A stretch of DNA of 64,000 nt from Trichosphaerium sp. ATCC 40318 (GCA_038496445.1 JALMLS010000577.1:1054001-1118000), one strand, 5' to 3'. Counted from the first letter of the stretch, positions 37,023 to 51,951 are shown. Made by a program: numbers and translations. The notes: a model not told the origin generated them from the letters alone.

Positions 37023-38483
37023 TTTACTCAAGTTTTTATTCATCGTCAAACAAGTAAACTATTATGTTGACTTCTTTTCCCTTATGTATAGCGCTTAATA
37101 TTACTCAAATATGAACCAATAATAGAGCGTAATTATAGCTAGATTGAATAAAGGGAGAGAAGGCAACTTGGTGAAAAAACCACGAAAGTGATCAAAGCGA
37201 GACTTCGCATAGACAAGTGCAAGTGCCAAGCACATGACAGTTATTGCAAAAAGAAGAAGTGCGTTCATGGTTCGGATTGTTGGATAGTAAATGAAAGAAG
37301 AATGTCTAAATTAAGCTCTATTTTCCTTTTTGAGAATTCTTATTTAGGAACAAAGTATCCATATTTGATGTAACAAAACTGATGGGTGAACTGTAACCAA
37401 CCGTTGGTTCTATTCAAAACCCTTGTGATAGCGCTGCTTCTTTTCAGACTGTTCTTTGAAGATACTGGGTAGTTTACAATGGCGAGCTTTTCAACAAAAA
37501 AGATCAAAACTGTTTGTTCGAATGTAGCTTGCATACAGAGCTGCTATATTGTTCAATATGTTAACTGTATAAAATATAGCATGTTATTGACATTTTAAAA
37601 GATGCTCCGGAGCACTTACTTGTTTCCGGTGGCTGTAAATGAATCCGTTTCACTTACAACCACTTCTTCAATGCTAATAGTTAGACTGTAATTACATATT
37701 AGATGCACAATACAATACTGTCAAGTATTGGTTTTTGCTTCAACCAAATAGCTAGATGCACCTGTCTATTGACACTAACGAGGTTTGTAACGAACTCGTT
37801 GTTTAGTATTAAAGTGAGCGTGTACAACATGTTGCCATCCCAACTTCCTAACATGCATCAAATGGTAGCATGATGAAACGTCAACTTCCAATCGTTTTAT
37901 GGTATCATATGTATCAACAAAAACTAGCAAAAAAGTTGTACTAATGGCTTCAGTTTATGAATACGAGCAATATTATGGTATAAATCAACCCACCAAATTG
38001 CACAATTTTCGACTGTTTACTGTTGCAGCCTAGAACGCATGAATAATGAATGAATAGTGCTGGCCATGAATACTACTTATATTCATAAGTATTCAGCGGA
38101 AGATCATAAGTTGAACCGTTTTACCCAAACAATTAGAAGACAGTTTGTTTTTTGTGTTACGAATAAGGATATGCCAATAATTACTTTTTATCTTTTATTG
38201 TTGTGGTGTGGGGTAATTATTTAGACCGCTCGTAAGTTTGTTTTTTACTTATCTCAAAGCTTGTTAGCAAGCAATAAAAAAACAAGAAAAAACAAGGTGC
38301 ACTTGAGTGTAACTTGTTGTTACCAAAACTCTTTCTCGGAGAAATTATATGATACGGGAAACTCTTGATTGTGCCCGTATTATTCTTATTAAGGCTAACG
38401 GAACCACAGTTTTAATTTATCAAACAATGTATTTGTGTTCGCAGCACATTTTAATCAGAGATTCTCTAACAACCGCTAGTAAC

Positions 38484-40667
38484 ATGCACCTTCTCCTTTG
38501 TTTTTTCGCACTTGTTGCGTTTCTACAAAGCGCTGTTAGCGTTACAGTAACGACTACTGCTGAACTTGTTAACGCCGTTACTAATGGTGCTGAGGATACT
38601 ACAATCAACATTGCTGCTGGAACATACACTCTTACACAGACACTTATTGTAAAAAAAGGACAAAAACTTGTTGGAGCTAGTACCGCATCAACAATTATCA
38701 AAGCGGCTTCTTCTTGGAACCCTGGTACTATAGGACTACCTGATGGAGCAACGAACCCAAACTCTGTCGACCAGACTGCGTACTTGATAAGTCTAGAGTT
38801 CGGGAAGGTAATTAAAATAATTTACCTTTTCGCCACGTGTTTTTTGTTAGTTTGACACGTGTTTTTAGGCGGACGTCACTATCGAAAAGGTTACACTTGA
38901 TGGCATGAATCAACTACATGGACTCATATACGGTGATCAGCCTACATTCTTTACCCTACGCTTTATTGAATTCAGGAATGTCCTTTGGAGTGGCTTGCGT
39001 ACCTTCAGAATGAGAGATGCTGTTATTCACGACAACACTTTCATTGATGCTGGAGGTAGAGTTGGACAAACTGGTGGCGCTCTCTTTAGTACTTGGACAA
39101 GAAGAACAGAGTACTACAACAACTATATCGCGAAGACACCAGCGTCCGAGAATATGTTTGGGTTCAAAGGGCGCCAGTGTAGGGACTGTAGGATACATCA
39201 CAACACAGTTCTTGTTAGCTTTTCTGTTGAGTATCCATTCGAGAATGACTACAACTTTGAGATTGACCATAACTACTTTGACGGTGTTATATCAATACCA
39301 AAGTCTGCTGGCGGGCCATCATCAGTTGCTGGAGACTACTCTTTTAATATACATCATAACTTAGTGTTAAGGTCGTATTCGCTAGAATGGGCAAGAAACC
39401 TAGCTCTAGTTCATCACAATCTTTTTGATTTCGAAACTTCTGATGACACTGGTAATCTTATTTCGAACTTCGGAGCTGCTGCAGCACCTGGCGGAACAGT
39501 CTTTTATAATAATCTTATAAAGAACCCTGGTAGAGGCGTTATGTGGAACAAAGGAGCTTATAATAACTTCAACTTTACAAACAATCACGTCATCGCATTC
39601 AAAACAGTTACACCTCGTACTGATGGTTTGTTTGGTTTCCCTGCAACTACAGACTTTTCTACTATATCTATAGCTAATAGCATATTCGAGTGCTATGGTA
39701 TACCAAGGAATATGATGCGTAACACAGCAAGTTATGGAGCTACTTTCATAAACAACAAGCTTCTAAATGTTGGAGATGCCGATCAATTAGCCAATCCTTC
39801 CACAGGAGAAACACGTGGGCCCAAGGATGTTCTTTCTTTCACTATTGGAAGAGATAATGAGTATACTATTAATCAATGGGATTGGTATCTAACAAGCAAC
39901 CCACCTACATTCACTTCGTCCGTAAGTACACTTTTTTGAGCATCTCGATCGAAAACGTTTTGGTGTTCTTGACCTTTTTCCAACTCAATTCTTTATTTTA
40001 TTACTGTCTGTTCAAATTTGCGTGAGAGTAATCTGTTTGGTAAACTTCACAGCTAGTTTGGTGAGACTGTAAAAAGAAGATTGGTTCATCTTGTTTTCTC
40101 TTTTTTTCTAACTTTTTTTTAGACTTTGAATCCTGTCAAGCACGGAAACGTTCAAGATGGTACTTTAAGTGGCACTCATATTCCTATTCCCAACAACAAA
40201 CCAACTATTATCCTTTCAAACATACTTGACGAAAATACTTACGCACTAGTTCAGGTACACGTGATACTCGTTCTTTGTTTTCTCAAAATATTCACAAAAA
40301 AAACTAGTTTGATTTGGCAGGACAAACTCAAAATATACACTCAGCTACTCTTGCTGTAAGGTTTACGAATATGAATGGAAACGCCAGGGATGGAACAACA
40401 TATCTGGTAACGCATACCAACGGAGATTGGTCCGAAGATTCGGTGGTATTGGACGATCTTACTATTGAAGACGAAGTTACCTTCTTCGCCGACCAAACTG
40501 GCATAACGAATGTCGATGTTACAGGCCTAGTACAAGCGGCTGTTAATGCTGGTGAAGATCAAGCTAGCTTTCTTATACAAGCAATATCTGGTACTAAAAA
40601 GCTTATCGCACGTATAAGCAGGTCATCAAATACTCTCACTAAACTTAACCTCACTTTTAAAAATTGA
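38484..40667 (+). CDS. Secreted right-handed beta-helix (pectin-lyase-like) protein with C-terminal DNRLRE/CBM96-like domain
   Basis: Signal peptide, then AELVNAVTNG..TINIAAGTY. IHDNTF/IHHNTV/IDHNYF/VHHNLF rungs lie in a ~1 kb exon. C-terminal IHSATL..WSEDSV..VDVTGLVQAAV. Confidence 0.8.
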
Positions 40668-40833
40668 GAATCCAATAAACTTCATGTCGGATACATTAAC
40701 ACATAACCTTATTACCATAACCTAAAAATATTGAACGAACATTGCAATTTGATATTTTATATGGTAGCTGATAGGTGCTGATAGTATACAGGTACAAAGA
40801 ACGTATTGCAACTTACAAAAAAGTTTGTTTATT

Positions 40834-42904
40834 TCACTTGTTCAAACTCTCGGGTACTTCATGAACCATTACATAGCGAGGGAGAACAACACTAGAACAA
40901 ATAGTTAAGAATGAGCGTGGGTTAGGTTTTTTAGTACTCTTTAGCTATTGATTCACTTGTGAACAGTACCAACTCAACTGATTGCAACAAAGGAAGTTCA
41001 AAAAGCTTTGTTAGAAATTCTTTACTATTAATACCTGGTATATGCTACAAGTAAACCATTAGTAACAAACAAAGAAATAAAAAAGAGAGAAGAAAAGGAT
41101 AAGGTGTACCTTAAGATTGATACTCATGAGGTTTGGGGTATTTAGTATAAAGTCATGAAATATCTTTTTCAAATCATACACTAGAGTATTATGTTTTTTA
41201 GGTTTACGTAACAATCGTATTGTAAGTCTCTCTACAGTAGATTGAAGTGGTATAGCCATATCTATTACACTCTTATGAATGCTTTGAACAGTATGCCAGT
41301 TAAACGTTAAATCTTTCAAAGACGTTTAGTATCAACTACGAAAAAAAGGAGAATATATTATTACCTTTTACCTTTGGTAAATCCTTCAAGCAGTCCTTGT
41401 TACACATACGGTTAGAAAAGTACATTAGAGATAGATTAGTAATAGAAGGACATGATATTATATTCGTTGGTTCTATATCCCGCAGCTCAAGTGTTGTCAG
41501 ATTATGCCATGTGGACAAAGGCAAAAAGTCAAATACACGTGGTAAAGAACAACCCCAATGATCACTACTTGAACTCAAAATAAGTGTCTAAAAGTAATTT
41601 TAGTTTTCTTTTATCAGCCATACTATCTCATTCTTTCTTACCTCTGTACGTGTTAAGTGCTTTATAGGATCAACACCACATGCACGTCCAACCTCAACAG
41701 TGTTTTTGTTAAAATCTTGGCTATACGAACCCCAAGCAAATGTAGTCAAGTTTGTGAGACAAGTAAGGAAATTAAGCAAAAAAGCGTGACAATCTTTGTC
41801 TTTTCTGTATGCTGTTGTATTTATAGAAAGCTCTCGAAGGTTTGTTAATTTAGTTAGCGTTTCTACTTGATTCCTAAACTCCAAAATACCAGCGCTCAAG
41901 TGTGTCAAATGAGGTAGGAAAGGTATCTCATCCGGGTTTTCATCTGATACCCATAAATCTAAATGATTCAAATTCTTATAACCTTTAAGTACACTCAAGT
42001 TAGTCAACTGAGAGACTTGTAGTCGAGTAAGCTGAGTTAACTATGTATACCAATAAGATTAGCAGTTATGAGAAACAATTACAGAAGACATACCTTTAAA
42101 ACTTCAACCGGAAGCATATTACTTGAACAACAACTCAACCCATGAAGATTAGTAAGCAAGCCCATCTGATCATCTGAAAAACAACAACCACGCTCATCCC
42201 ACAAAAGATCTATAGACTCAATTTCATCTTCTTCCAAGTCAAGATCATCACATGATATAACAGGAAGGATATAAAAGAACATATCTCGTAGTATAGGCCA
42301 TAAACTACCATCCTTTGTAATAACAATATTGCCTACCAAAAAGATATTAGAAAATGAAAAAAAGTTGGAATTAATAAATAATCACGTGCCCATGTCTATT
42401 GAATCATTTTCATAAAATAAACCTCTACGACTTATATCAATATATAAACTTGATACAATATGGTTGCCATTTGAGAGCATTGTGCTTAACCCTATCAAAA
42501 AGTCTTTCCATAATTTTGCTGAAAACTTATGCTGATTGTCGTAGTTAGAGCCCAAGAAAATGGATATTTTGCGCAAGTAGGGTTTATTGAGCGTAGTTGG
42601 GAAGCTATAGCACGATTAATTTACGTATATTAACTACTAACGTCTTTTGTTAGTCAGACGGTCGTTCAATAACTGCCCCTAACGAATTTACGCCAATATG
42701 ATGTATTTATCGTTGTTTAACGCACCTTAACGAATGTTTCAACGGTTCCAGCGTAACACTGATTGTGGACATATCTACACAATATTTCCATTGTTTACAG
42801 ACCAAATGAGCGTCTTCCACACCAACAAACTCTAAAATATACATAATTATCTCATCAGGCAAAAAAACGCTCTCAAAAGAATCGTCAGAGCGCTTCAGCT
42901 CCAT
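40834..42904 (-). CDS. F-box/LRR protein, multi-exon
   Basis: F-box LPDEIIMYILEFV..LVCKQWKY, then LTNLHGLS, LTQLTRLQVS, LTKLTNLRELSI and NLTTLEL repeats. Confidence 0.75.
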
Positions 42905-43345
42905 ACTGCACTACAGTGAAGAAATCTCAGTCAACAGAATTCTATAACTACGTTTCCCACAATTTTTTTTTTTCAAAATTCGGTGGGTACAAAGCAAGGA
43001 AAAAAATTCTGAGTGACATAAATATGAAAACGCTGCGCCAGTCTCTCGAGGCACTTTGACTTTGTGTTTCGTTGTCGCCTCCTCGGGGGATCAATCAAGG
43101 TTATTCTAAGACAAGGTTATAAATGCCTGATTCTGCAAACCACCATCAGTAGAGTGTGTGGCTCATATTTGTCAGCTTTTTTATATTTCTTTAGTTTAAG
43201 TCCTCGTAGGCGCTCCAAGGAGGACTTGTAGCAATAAGTGATGTTACTCGTCATTGAGTAAGGCTGAAATAAACGTATTTACTTTTCATTGAAATCAAGC
43301 AAGGCATGTTTGGAAGCAATCTGAAGACTTGAAATGTAATCGCCA

Positions 43346-43494
43346 AGCAATGGGTTTGCACTACATTTCGCGAAATTTGGCGGCATGTTGTATTTCTTCG
43401 AAATCTGTTCTTTTGGAGGCCTTTTGTACAATATTTTTGCGGAAAACAGCACATTTTTTAGTCAATCGTCGAAGTAGTGCAAACCCAATGGCTT
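43346..43494. repeat. Intergenic inverted repeat (foldback or MITE-like)
   Basis: Perfect 14-bp pair tgggtttgcactac (43351-43364) / gtagtgcaaaccca (43474-43487), extendable to ~35 imperfect bp. Confidence 0.6.
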
Positions 43495-43687
43495 AAGTTT
43501 TTTAGGTTATTGTGATGGTTTTTCTAATTTTTACCTTGGAATGCGTTAGGATACAGAAAGTTGTTTGATTCATTTGTAATATCTCACAGAGTCTTTAGTA
43601 TTGCCGAAATAATTTGGCGCTTTCACTTTCACAGTACTGAGGGTTTATTTAAACAATGCAACTCTAAATTTTTTTTGAGTATTTTTT

Positions 43688-46600
43688 CTAAAAGTCCAAA
43701 AAGGCATCAATTAAATTATCCAAGTCAGCAGGTTTCTCTTCAGGTTCTGATGCTTTTGGTAAAGGTTTTTCACTCTTTGAATCAATGACATCAAAAGTAA
43801 AGTTCATAATACTTGGGTTTCTCATGAGGAACCGCTAGAAAAGAACAAGTTAAAAAAAAAACCATAAAAAAACTGTAAAGTGAGAAGTCTCTTACGTCAT
43901 CTGTATCTGACTTGGCCTCTGGTGGGTTAGTTTCTTCTATAGTCTCTTTAGGTTGTTTATCAATAAGCTCTTCTTGTTCAAGTTGAGCAATAAAGTTATT
44001 AATGACATCGCTCTCACTGTCAGTGCCTAAAAGAGATTTCAGTCAACGGTAACACATATAGTTTTAGTCACCTGAATCTGTGCTCTTTTTAAGGCTTTTA
44101 TTGCTCTTTTTCTTCTTCTTTTTAGGACTACTCCGTGGCTTGAGGGACATACGTTCTACCTTACGTAGCTTAACTCCTTTAAATAAGTCCTAAACGTATT
44201 GTAAGCGATAAGCAAACAAGCCAAGAATAAGAAAAAGAAAAAGAAAAAGAGAAAGAAAATCGCTCATACTTTTCTGATTTGTTGATTAATGTTGGACTTC
44301 TTGTCTTGCTCACGCATTTGAGTTGTATCAACTTGGGCTTGCTAGTATTTATCGTTATGAATAATCTATAAAGATGTTGTGACAAACCTCAAGAGAATCA
44401 AGTAGCTTCTGAACAGCACCAAAAAAGTCATCCGATTGTGTTACCGGAGACTCACCATAATGGCGAAGTAGGTTACCATACTTTTGTTCTAGGCTAGTCA
44501 AACGTTCTGTAAGTTTATTCATCTGAGCTTCAGCCATAGCAACAAATTCCTAACGCCAAGTGAGAATCAAAACAAAAAGAAGAAAAAAAAAAAGATAATT
44601 ATTTTTGTGTTTGACTTACTTCTATTGCCAAGCGATACTCTTCATCAACAGGGCTATTTTTAACTTTTGCATAGAACGCAAGAACTCTATCCATTCCTTT
44701 CTTTAACTTCCCGACATTAGCCGCCAAATCATAAACATTTTCTGAACACGTTAGTTAAGTTAAGGTTCGCAAAATGGTTTTTTTCTTAAGGAATACCTTT
44801 GCCGGCAGAGCGAACATGAGCCATTTCATCCCTTACAGCAAGTGTTTCTGGGTGTTGTAATTTGAGTTCTTCAACTAGTAGGTGAGCCAGAGTGCCTTGT
44901 TTCCATACATACTTGAGTTCAAGTACCTAAACGTTGAAATCAAAAAAAACTGCTCGAAAGCGCTCTGTAGCCAAACTTACTGCCTGCATAGATGTTACTT
45001 TAAAACCCCATGCGCCACCACGTTTTGTTTGGGCATTGATGTAGTTACCAAGAGCGAGAATGAGCTAATTAAGTTAGTTTCTTATTAATTTTTTTTAAGT
45101 ATTGTTTGACGAAATAAAACTGACTTTACCTGTAATATTTTTGCCATGTTTTCGCTATTTCCTACTTCATTGCATGCTTTGTTGACATCTTTGATTTTCT
45201 AAAACGAAAAAAATTAATAAGAAAGCTATCGATAGATGACTAGGATTGTAACTTTTTTTTCTTGATTTTTACCTTTTTAAGTTCTTCAGTCTCTTCTACA
45301 AAATGTTCCATAAAATTCCACACCTGTGCAAAGAAACTACTATTAGTGCAACTAGTTTTTAATAAACACTTACAAAAAGTCGCGTTTCCAAGTTATCAAT
45401 ACGCATCATCTTAACAAAAAAAATAAGAATAAATAAACAAACTAATCGAAAATCACAACACAACTTACAGTAAGCAAGAAGATTTCTGCTTTACCAAGAG
45501 AGTCTGGCATATCATCCATATATTCTTGTAACATTTCTCTCTATTAGGTATGAATATAATTGACCAAAAGACGATTAATTGCTTCTATTCACAGCTAAAA
45601 ATAGCTTTACCTCAGTTTTAGTTGGTGAGTATTGTATCAACAAATCTAGCGTTTCTGGTGAAATTATTTTACGGTCCATGTGTAAAATAGCACCCTCAAT
45701 CTATACATAATTTTGTAAGCAACTTATTGTTTCGTAAAGATATGTAAACGTCGCGAAAAAACTCCAAAATAATTACCTGCGCAGGATGCATTTTAGGAAA
45801 TCTTGGCATTATAAGAATACCAATATCATTGGCTCTTTTAACGGGCAATAAGTTTGTTGGTGATTGCTTTTGAAGCGCTCTACGTTGTCCACCAATTGGC
45901 GCTTTTGGTGCTGTTGGTACAATTGATGACTTTTCACCGAAGAGTGCTTCCAACTTTGCTCCGTCTATCTAAATAAAAAAATTAACATCCACAAAACTAA
46001 TCCTCAAGTTCTTTTACCTTAACGTCTCTGTCATCAATTTGTTCCCATAATGACCCCTTAATACTTTCAGGTTGAACAACACCCCAATTCAGCCTTCTCA
46101 TACCAGTAGAAGGGAAGTATTGCCTAGTTCGAATCAACTTACGAAATCAAAAAAAACCAAGAAATTCCTAAAAGGAATACAACATACGTTTTTTTGTAAG
46201 GCATTTCTACCTGCTTCTTAGCTACATTCATTTTTGGAGCACGAACGATTTTAAACCCTTGCTGCACATTGACAGAACTGTCCTCTAAAGGGAGTGTAAG
46301 AAAACAGTATAAAGTCGAGAAAAACAAACCTTCTACAACCCTATGCCTTGGTGGAGCTGAAGCGTCCTTTCGACAAAGTGTAAGCACGGAATCATAATGT
46401 AGTTGCTTTAACGTGTACTTACACCATTTGTTAGTGAATTCATATAAGCGCTGGAACCATTACCAAGCAACTGTAATCCTTCATTTAATATTGCTTTCGC
46501 AACTAAATTTCGGTCAATACGAAATAGTGCATACAACATCACAGTTGTGCTTTAAACAGAAAGTGCGAACTAGATTTATCGTAATTGTTACCTTCTGGTG

Positions 46601-48451
46601 TTTTGGCTTGATCTATTGCATCAGATAACGACGTGAGGAGCGTTTTTAATAATCCTATTTGAGGTACTGCAGCTATAGTACTGAGTGAGTACAGCTAAGA
46701 TCTTTGATATTGATAAGAAAAAGGTACCTGCTAACGCTTTTATAGCTTGTTTTGGTTCCCCAGTTACTGGATTCTTTGTACTCTTCATATTGAAATCAAT
46801 TTGATCTTGTAGAGTCATGAAAATATCTATTTGCGCGCGGAGATCTTTAGATGAGCACGTGTCGGTAATAGCCTTTTTTCAAATATCAGAAAAAGTATAA
46901 TTTCAAGAAAATGTTGTCATAGAAATTTCGTACTCTAACAATGACATATAGACCTTCATCGTACATCATGCCTAAGACCTGTTGTTGCTCAATACATTTA
47001 TACTTTTCAGTCAATAACAGGGTATTCACAAGAACCAATGCAGCAGTCTGAACAAAAATTAACAAGTGAATTAAAAATCAACAGAAAAAACAAAAAAAAA
47101 GCTCTGTACCTGTACTACTTCGTTATGACTATTTAAGCAGTCTATAACTCCGCTGTGTATATGGCTTAAAATATCAAGTACTTGGCTACAAAAAGTGTCA
47201 AAATGTTGCGCATTAATCGGAAGTATTTTACCCGTGAAATTTTTGGTGTACTTGAGAAAGCGTTGCGAGAGCTTTGAGGACATGGTTCCTGTTCTCAGGT
47301 AAAACATATTGTATGCATGAAGCAATCATCATTACAGCATCCTCAACTGACAAGACTTCTTCTAAACCACGCCTAAACAAACATTTGAGAAAGATTTCTT
47401 CAGTCATTTCATCAACAAGAAAATTGACATACTCAGCACGAAGCATTGCCTCTATAACACCAACACAAGGCCCAAGCAATGCGGCAATAGCTCCTAACTT
47501 CTCTTCACTCGCTCTGTTATTAAGAAAGATTGTAAGAACCTCATAGTATGGATATTTTTGTAAACAACCGTGATTTCTTGTTCTAGAAGTACCTTTGTGT
47601 CCGGTGAAGCAATTTACGGGTAAATGCCATTAAAAAACTACCACCACCGCCATCTTTTAATAAGTTTTAGTTACTTCATAGAGAAACAAAAATAAAATAT
47701 TATTGATTTACAAAATCACGTGTATATCATGAGAATATCACGTGAATATTCTGTACTTCAATGACGATAATAAATCAAATTGCGTTTTTTGGCAAAAATC
47801 GATTCAAAAAAAAAAAAGTTCATGCCATACCAATAAAAGAGTTAACCCATGTAATAGCTTCAGTACGTATTAACATTGTAAGTTCTTTTAATAATGGAAC
47901 TGTTGGTTTTGTTTTTAATTGTGATAAAACCTCAGTTGTCGCTTTTACTTTCCGTGTAGAATTTGACTATAAAAAGATCAGCACACGTGATTAAAAAAAA
48001 TCGAAAAAAAATCGATAAATCTTCTAACTTGCCTTTTTTTTTGCTGCACCAGAACAAATTAAAATCCATTTTTTCCTCTGTGACCATGCTCGCATATTAA
48101 TCTTCTCTTCCTCTGATACAGTAAGAGTATCCTACAAAAATCATGAGACGAGGAAATTACAAAAAAAAGAAAAAATCGAAAAAAAAAATTAAATCAAAAA
48201 GTTTTTTAGCTTTCAATTTCAATTACCAATAGCCTGTTGAACCTAGCATTAACTTCTACTGAAGGAGGCATGCTTTGAACAATATCTTGAGTGTCCTCCG
48301 ATTTGGATGTCGATTCCAGCTCTTTATTTGTAGATGTAATAAGTCTAGGTCCTTTTTGCTGTAAACCAGCGTCACTCTTTGCTAATGCGCGGTCGTGGCG
48401 CCTTTTCTTTCTTTTATAACTTTTAGTAAAATTCAGCATCTTAGGCTTCAT
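43688..48451 (-). CDS. Diaphanous-related formin (GBD/FH3 + FH2, no polyproline FH1)
   Basis: GBD (MPPSVEVNARFNRLL..KKWILI, LIRTEAITWVNSF). FH2 (PSTGMRRLNW..GSLWEQID, RANDIGIL, LGKAEIFL, LALGNYINA..GAWGFK, LLRHYGES..FFGAVQKL). Confidence 0.85.
47967..48032 (-). other. GC-AG intron in the formin gene
   Basis: Only the donor AAG|GCAAGT keeps frame with the next exon. The nearby GT donor is out of frame, assuming the A9 run is correct. Confidence 0.7.
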
Positions 48452-48902
48452 CTTTGGTATGTTTTCTATCGTACTAAGCACAGTATAATGTGTACATTAA
48501 CTTTGTGAATCAACTAGGTATTGACTAAACTTCTAACGTTTAAAGTCATCGCATACGCGTAGTTGTAGTACGGGTACGGTCATACCGCGACGAACGCGGG
48601 TTTTTTATGAGTTTTGTCTTGAGTTGTTGAGTGTTGATGATCGATGATTGTTGTATCTACAAGTAACAACCTCCCAAGGCTTATTAGTTGCTCTTCAAAG
48701 AGAGTACAACTCATAAAAGAAAGACTCTGTCTCCATTTGTGCCAGCTTATGACAGCTGACGCTACTATGCCATAACAAGCGTCCATTTACGCTGCAACCA
48801 AGACTACAACCGAAATACTGTTAAGTTGCGTTTTTTGTAATAGTGTTGGTTTGTATTAGGCAGCTACGGAAGTACCCGTCGATCAGGTACTATTATAACG
48901 GT

Positions 48903-49916
48903 ATGGGAAACTTGTTTCGGTCACGAGAGGCTAAGAATTCCACAACCGCCGATAAAGAGCCTGAACGAGATCAACATGTCGAGCCAGAGACACCACAGAG
49001 CAAGATTACCGGTTCGGGCTCAAAAAAGAGTTCAAAAGTGCTATTTGCGGCGTTAAAGCAGCTGTCATCTAAAAAGATGCAAGATGAAGGTTTTAGAGTA
49101 GAATTAGTGGATGATAACGTATCCTTGAGTATTATTTACGTATTCGTTCAGTACATTTATTTATTATCGGTTTAACTCATCAGATATACCACTGGAAAGT
49201 CCATATGTATGATTTTCCGCCCGATGCACCGATTTACACAAATTTAAAGGCTTTAAAGGTAATAAAAATCACTCTACGATGTCCTACACCATATGAGACG
49301 TACTGATAATATAAAAAGGAGGAAACAGATCGTGATACGGTTTGTTCTGAAGTCGTTTTTGCACCAGATTACCCACACAGTCCACCATTTGTACGAGTAG
49401 TGTACCCTCGATTTCATCAGTACACAGGTACGCGAAAAAAATCAATACAAACGACAAACAAACTCTTCAAAGAAAGTTTGTTTTTACCGTTGGTGCTTTT
49501 GTTTTTTGCCTCTCTACTCGCGCAGTCGCGCGTAGTCGGTTCACAATTGCAATTCATTTTATAACGGAAGTTTCGTTTTAGGTCATATTACTATTGGTGG
49601 ATCTATTTGTATTAAAGAGTTGACACGTTCTGGATGGAAACAAAACTTTGACATTGGATCTTTATTTGTGACACTTCGTTCTCTTCTTGTTGCTGGTGGC
49701 GCACTAGTTGATATGGATAATCCAAGAGCGGAGTACTCAGAAGCAGAGGTAGGACGCTAAACTATTTTAAGGCCCCTTAAACGAAACCCACTCCACCGGA
49801 TGGAGTTACTTTTTTTGCGATTTTTGATTCTTTACAATGTAATGAACTGACGGTATTGTATTAAGGCACGTGAAGCCTTCAGACGTGTTGCCGAAGCTCA
49901 TGGATGGAAACCATGA
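48903..49916 (+). CDS. UBE2Q-like ubiquitin-conjugating enzyme
   Basis: VELVDDNIYHWKV, FAPDYPHSPPFVRVVYPRF, GHITIGGSICIKELTRSGW (catalytic Cys) and YSEAEAREAFRRVAEAHGW. Confidence 0.9.
49119..49183 (+). other. Candidate U12-type (minor) intron
   Basis: Donor GTATCCTTG; TTTAAC about 8 nt before CAG; no pyrimidine tract. Removal restores DDN|IYHW. Confidence 0.6.
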
Positions 49917-50884
49917 CTTTTTTATGTGTTAGTTCTTGTAGGTTAACCTACATTGCGCAAACTGGTAAACCGTTTGAGGTTACAACTGCAAGCGCAAGTG
50001 TTTTCAAAAAAAAAAGTAACTAACAGAAAATCTGTTGGTACACTTATGTACATAAATAAATCAGAGCCTATAAAGTTTTAGGACTTGATATACATACGAG
50101 AAAACTATCTATTTTGACTTCAAATATCTCCACTTTAGCTTTTTGGTATGGTGTACTGCTGGGGCAAAGATTCTCAACTGAGTCATTAGTTCCTCCATAC
50201 ATGTATGCACCGTAGCAAAATATAGTCATTGTTTTGAGTACTCGAACACTTGGCAGTGTTAGTACAGTAGATTGAGCTTAAGGTTTTTGATAACTCAGAT
50301 GCTGAAAAAGTGAAGACTTAGTATTTTAGGACCTTACTGGAATGTAACAACTTGATATGAAGCTTCCATTTGTTTTTGAGTTGGTATGGTTGGGGTAAAT
50401 AGGTAATATACTAAACGCTAAGACACGTGTCTTAGCCTGAGATATCAGAAAATATGATTTTACCTTAGTGAAAGATTGTTAGGCGTTAACCGAAACCCTA
50501 TTCACAAACGATAAGCAGTTATGAACAAATAACCAAGCAATGGAAGAACGAAGAACAAAATCAGAATCTTGGTTAAATCTAACTTTGCGTGACACCTTTC
50601 ACAATTGCTTTAGCGCCTCCATATGTAAATCTTCCATATTTCATTGTCTTCAATTTAGTTATCCTCTGTATGCTTGCAAGTGCTAGAACAAGTACGATTT
50701 GTAAGGTAATGAATGAAAGAAACATTGTAAAAATAGTTTTCTTAACTATTGCTTGACATTCATACGAAAACATTCATACCAATTTATGTATGTTTAATTT
50801 TAAATCAAGCCAAAGATAAGCAATAATACACTTCGAACTTGGGCGTTTTTATTTTTGTAAATTTAACACTGTCTGCAGGTTTGA

Positions 50885-51951
<1,067 letters not shown>

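Noticed and set aside
37100-38070. Fragmentary minus-strand exons ending in a hydrophobic segment
   Set aside because: No consistent start or recognisable family could be assembled. It may be a small gene or a pseudogene.
43240-43280. tgagtaaggctgaaataaacg resembling the U12 snRNA 5' region (also aaagggagagaagg at 37150 resembling U6atac)
   Set aside because: The matches are short and interrupted, and the remaining stems and Sm/Lsm sites are absent.
50100-50773. Possible small secreted-protein gene on the minus strand
   Set aside because: Splice-like signals are present, but I could not assemble a convincing stop-free model or find a recognisable domain.
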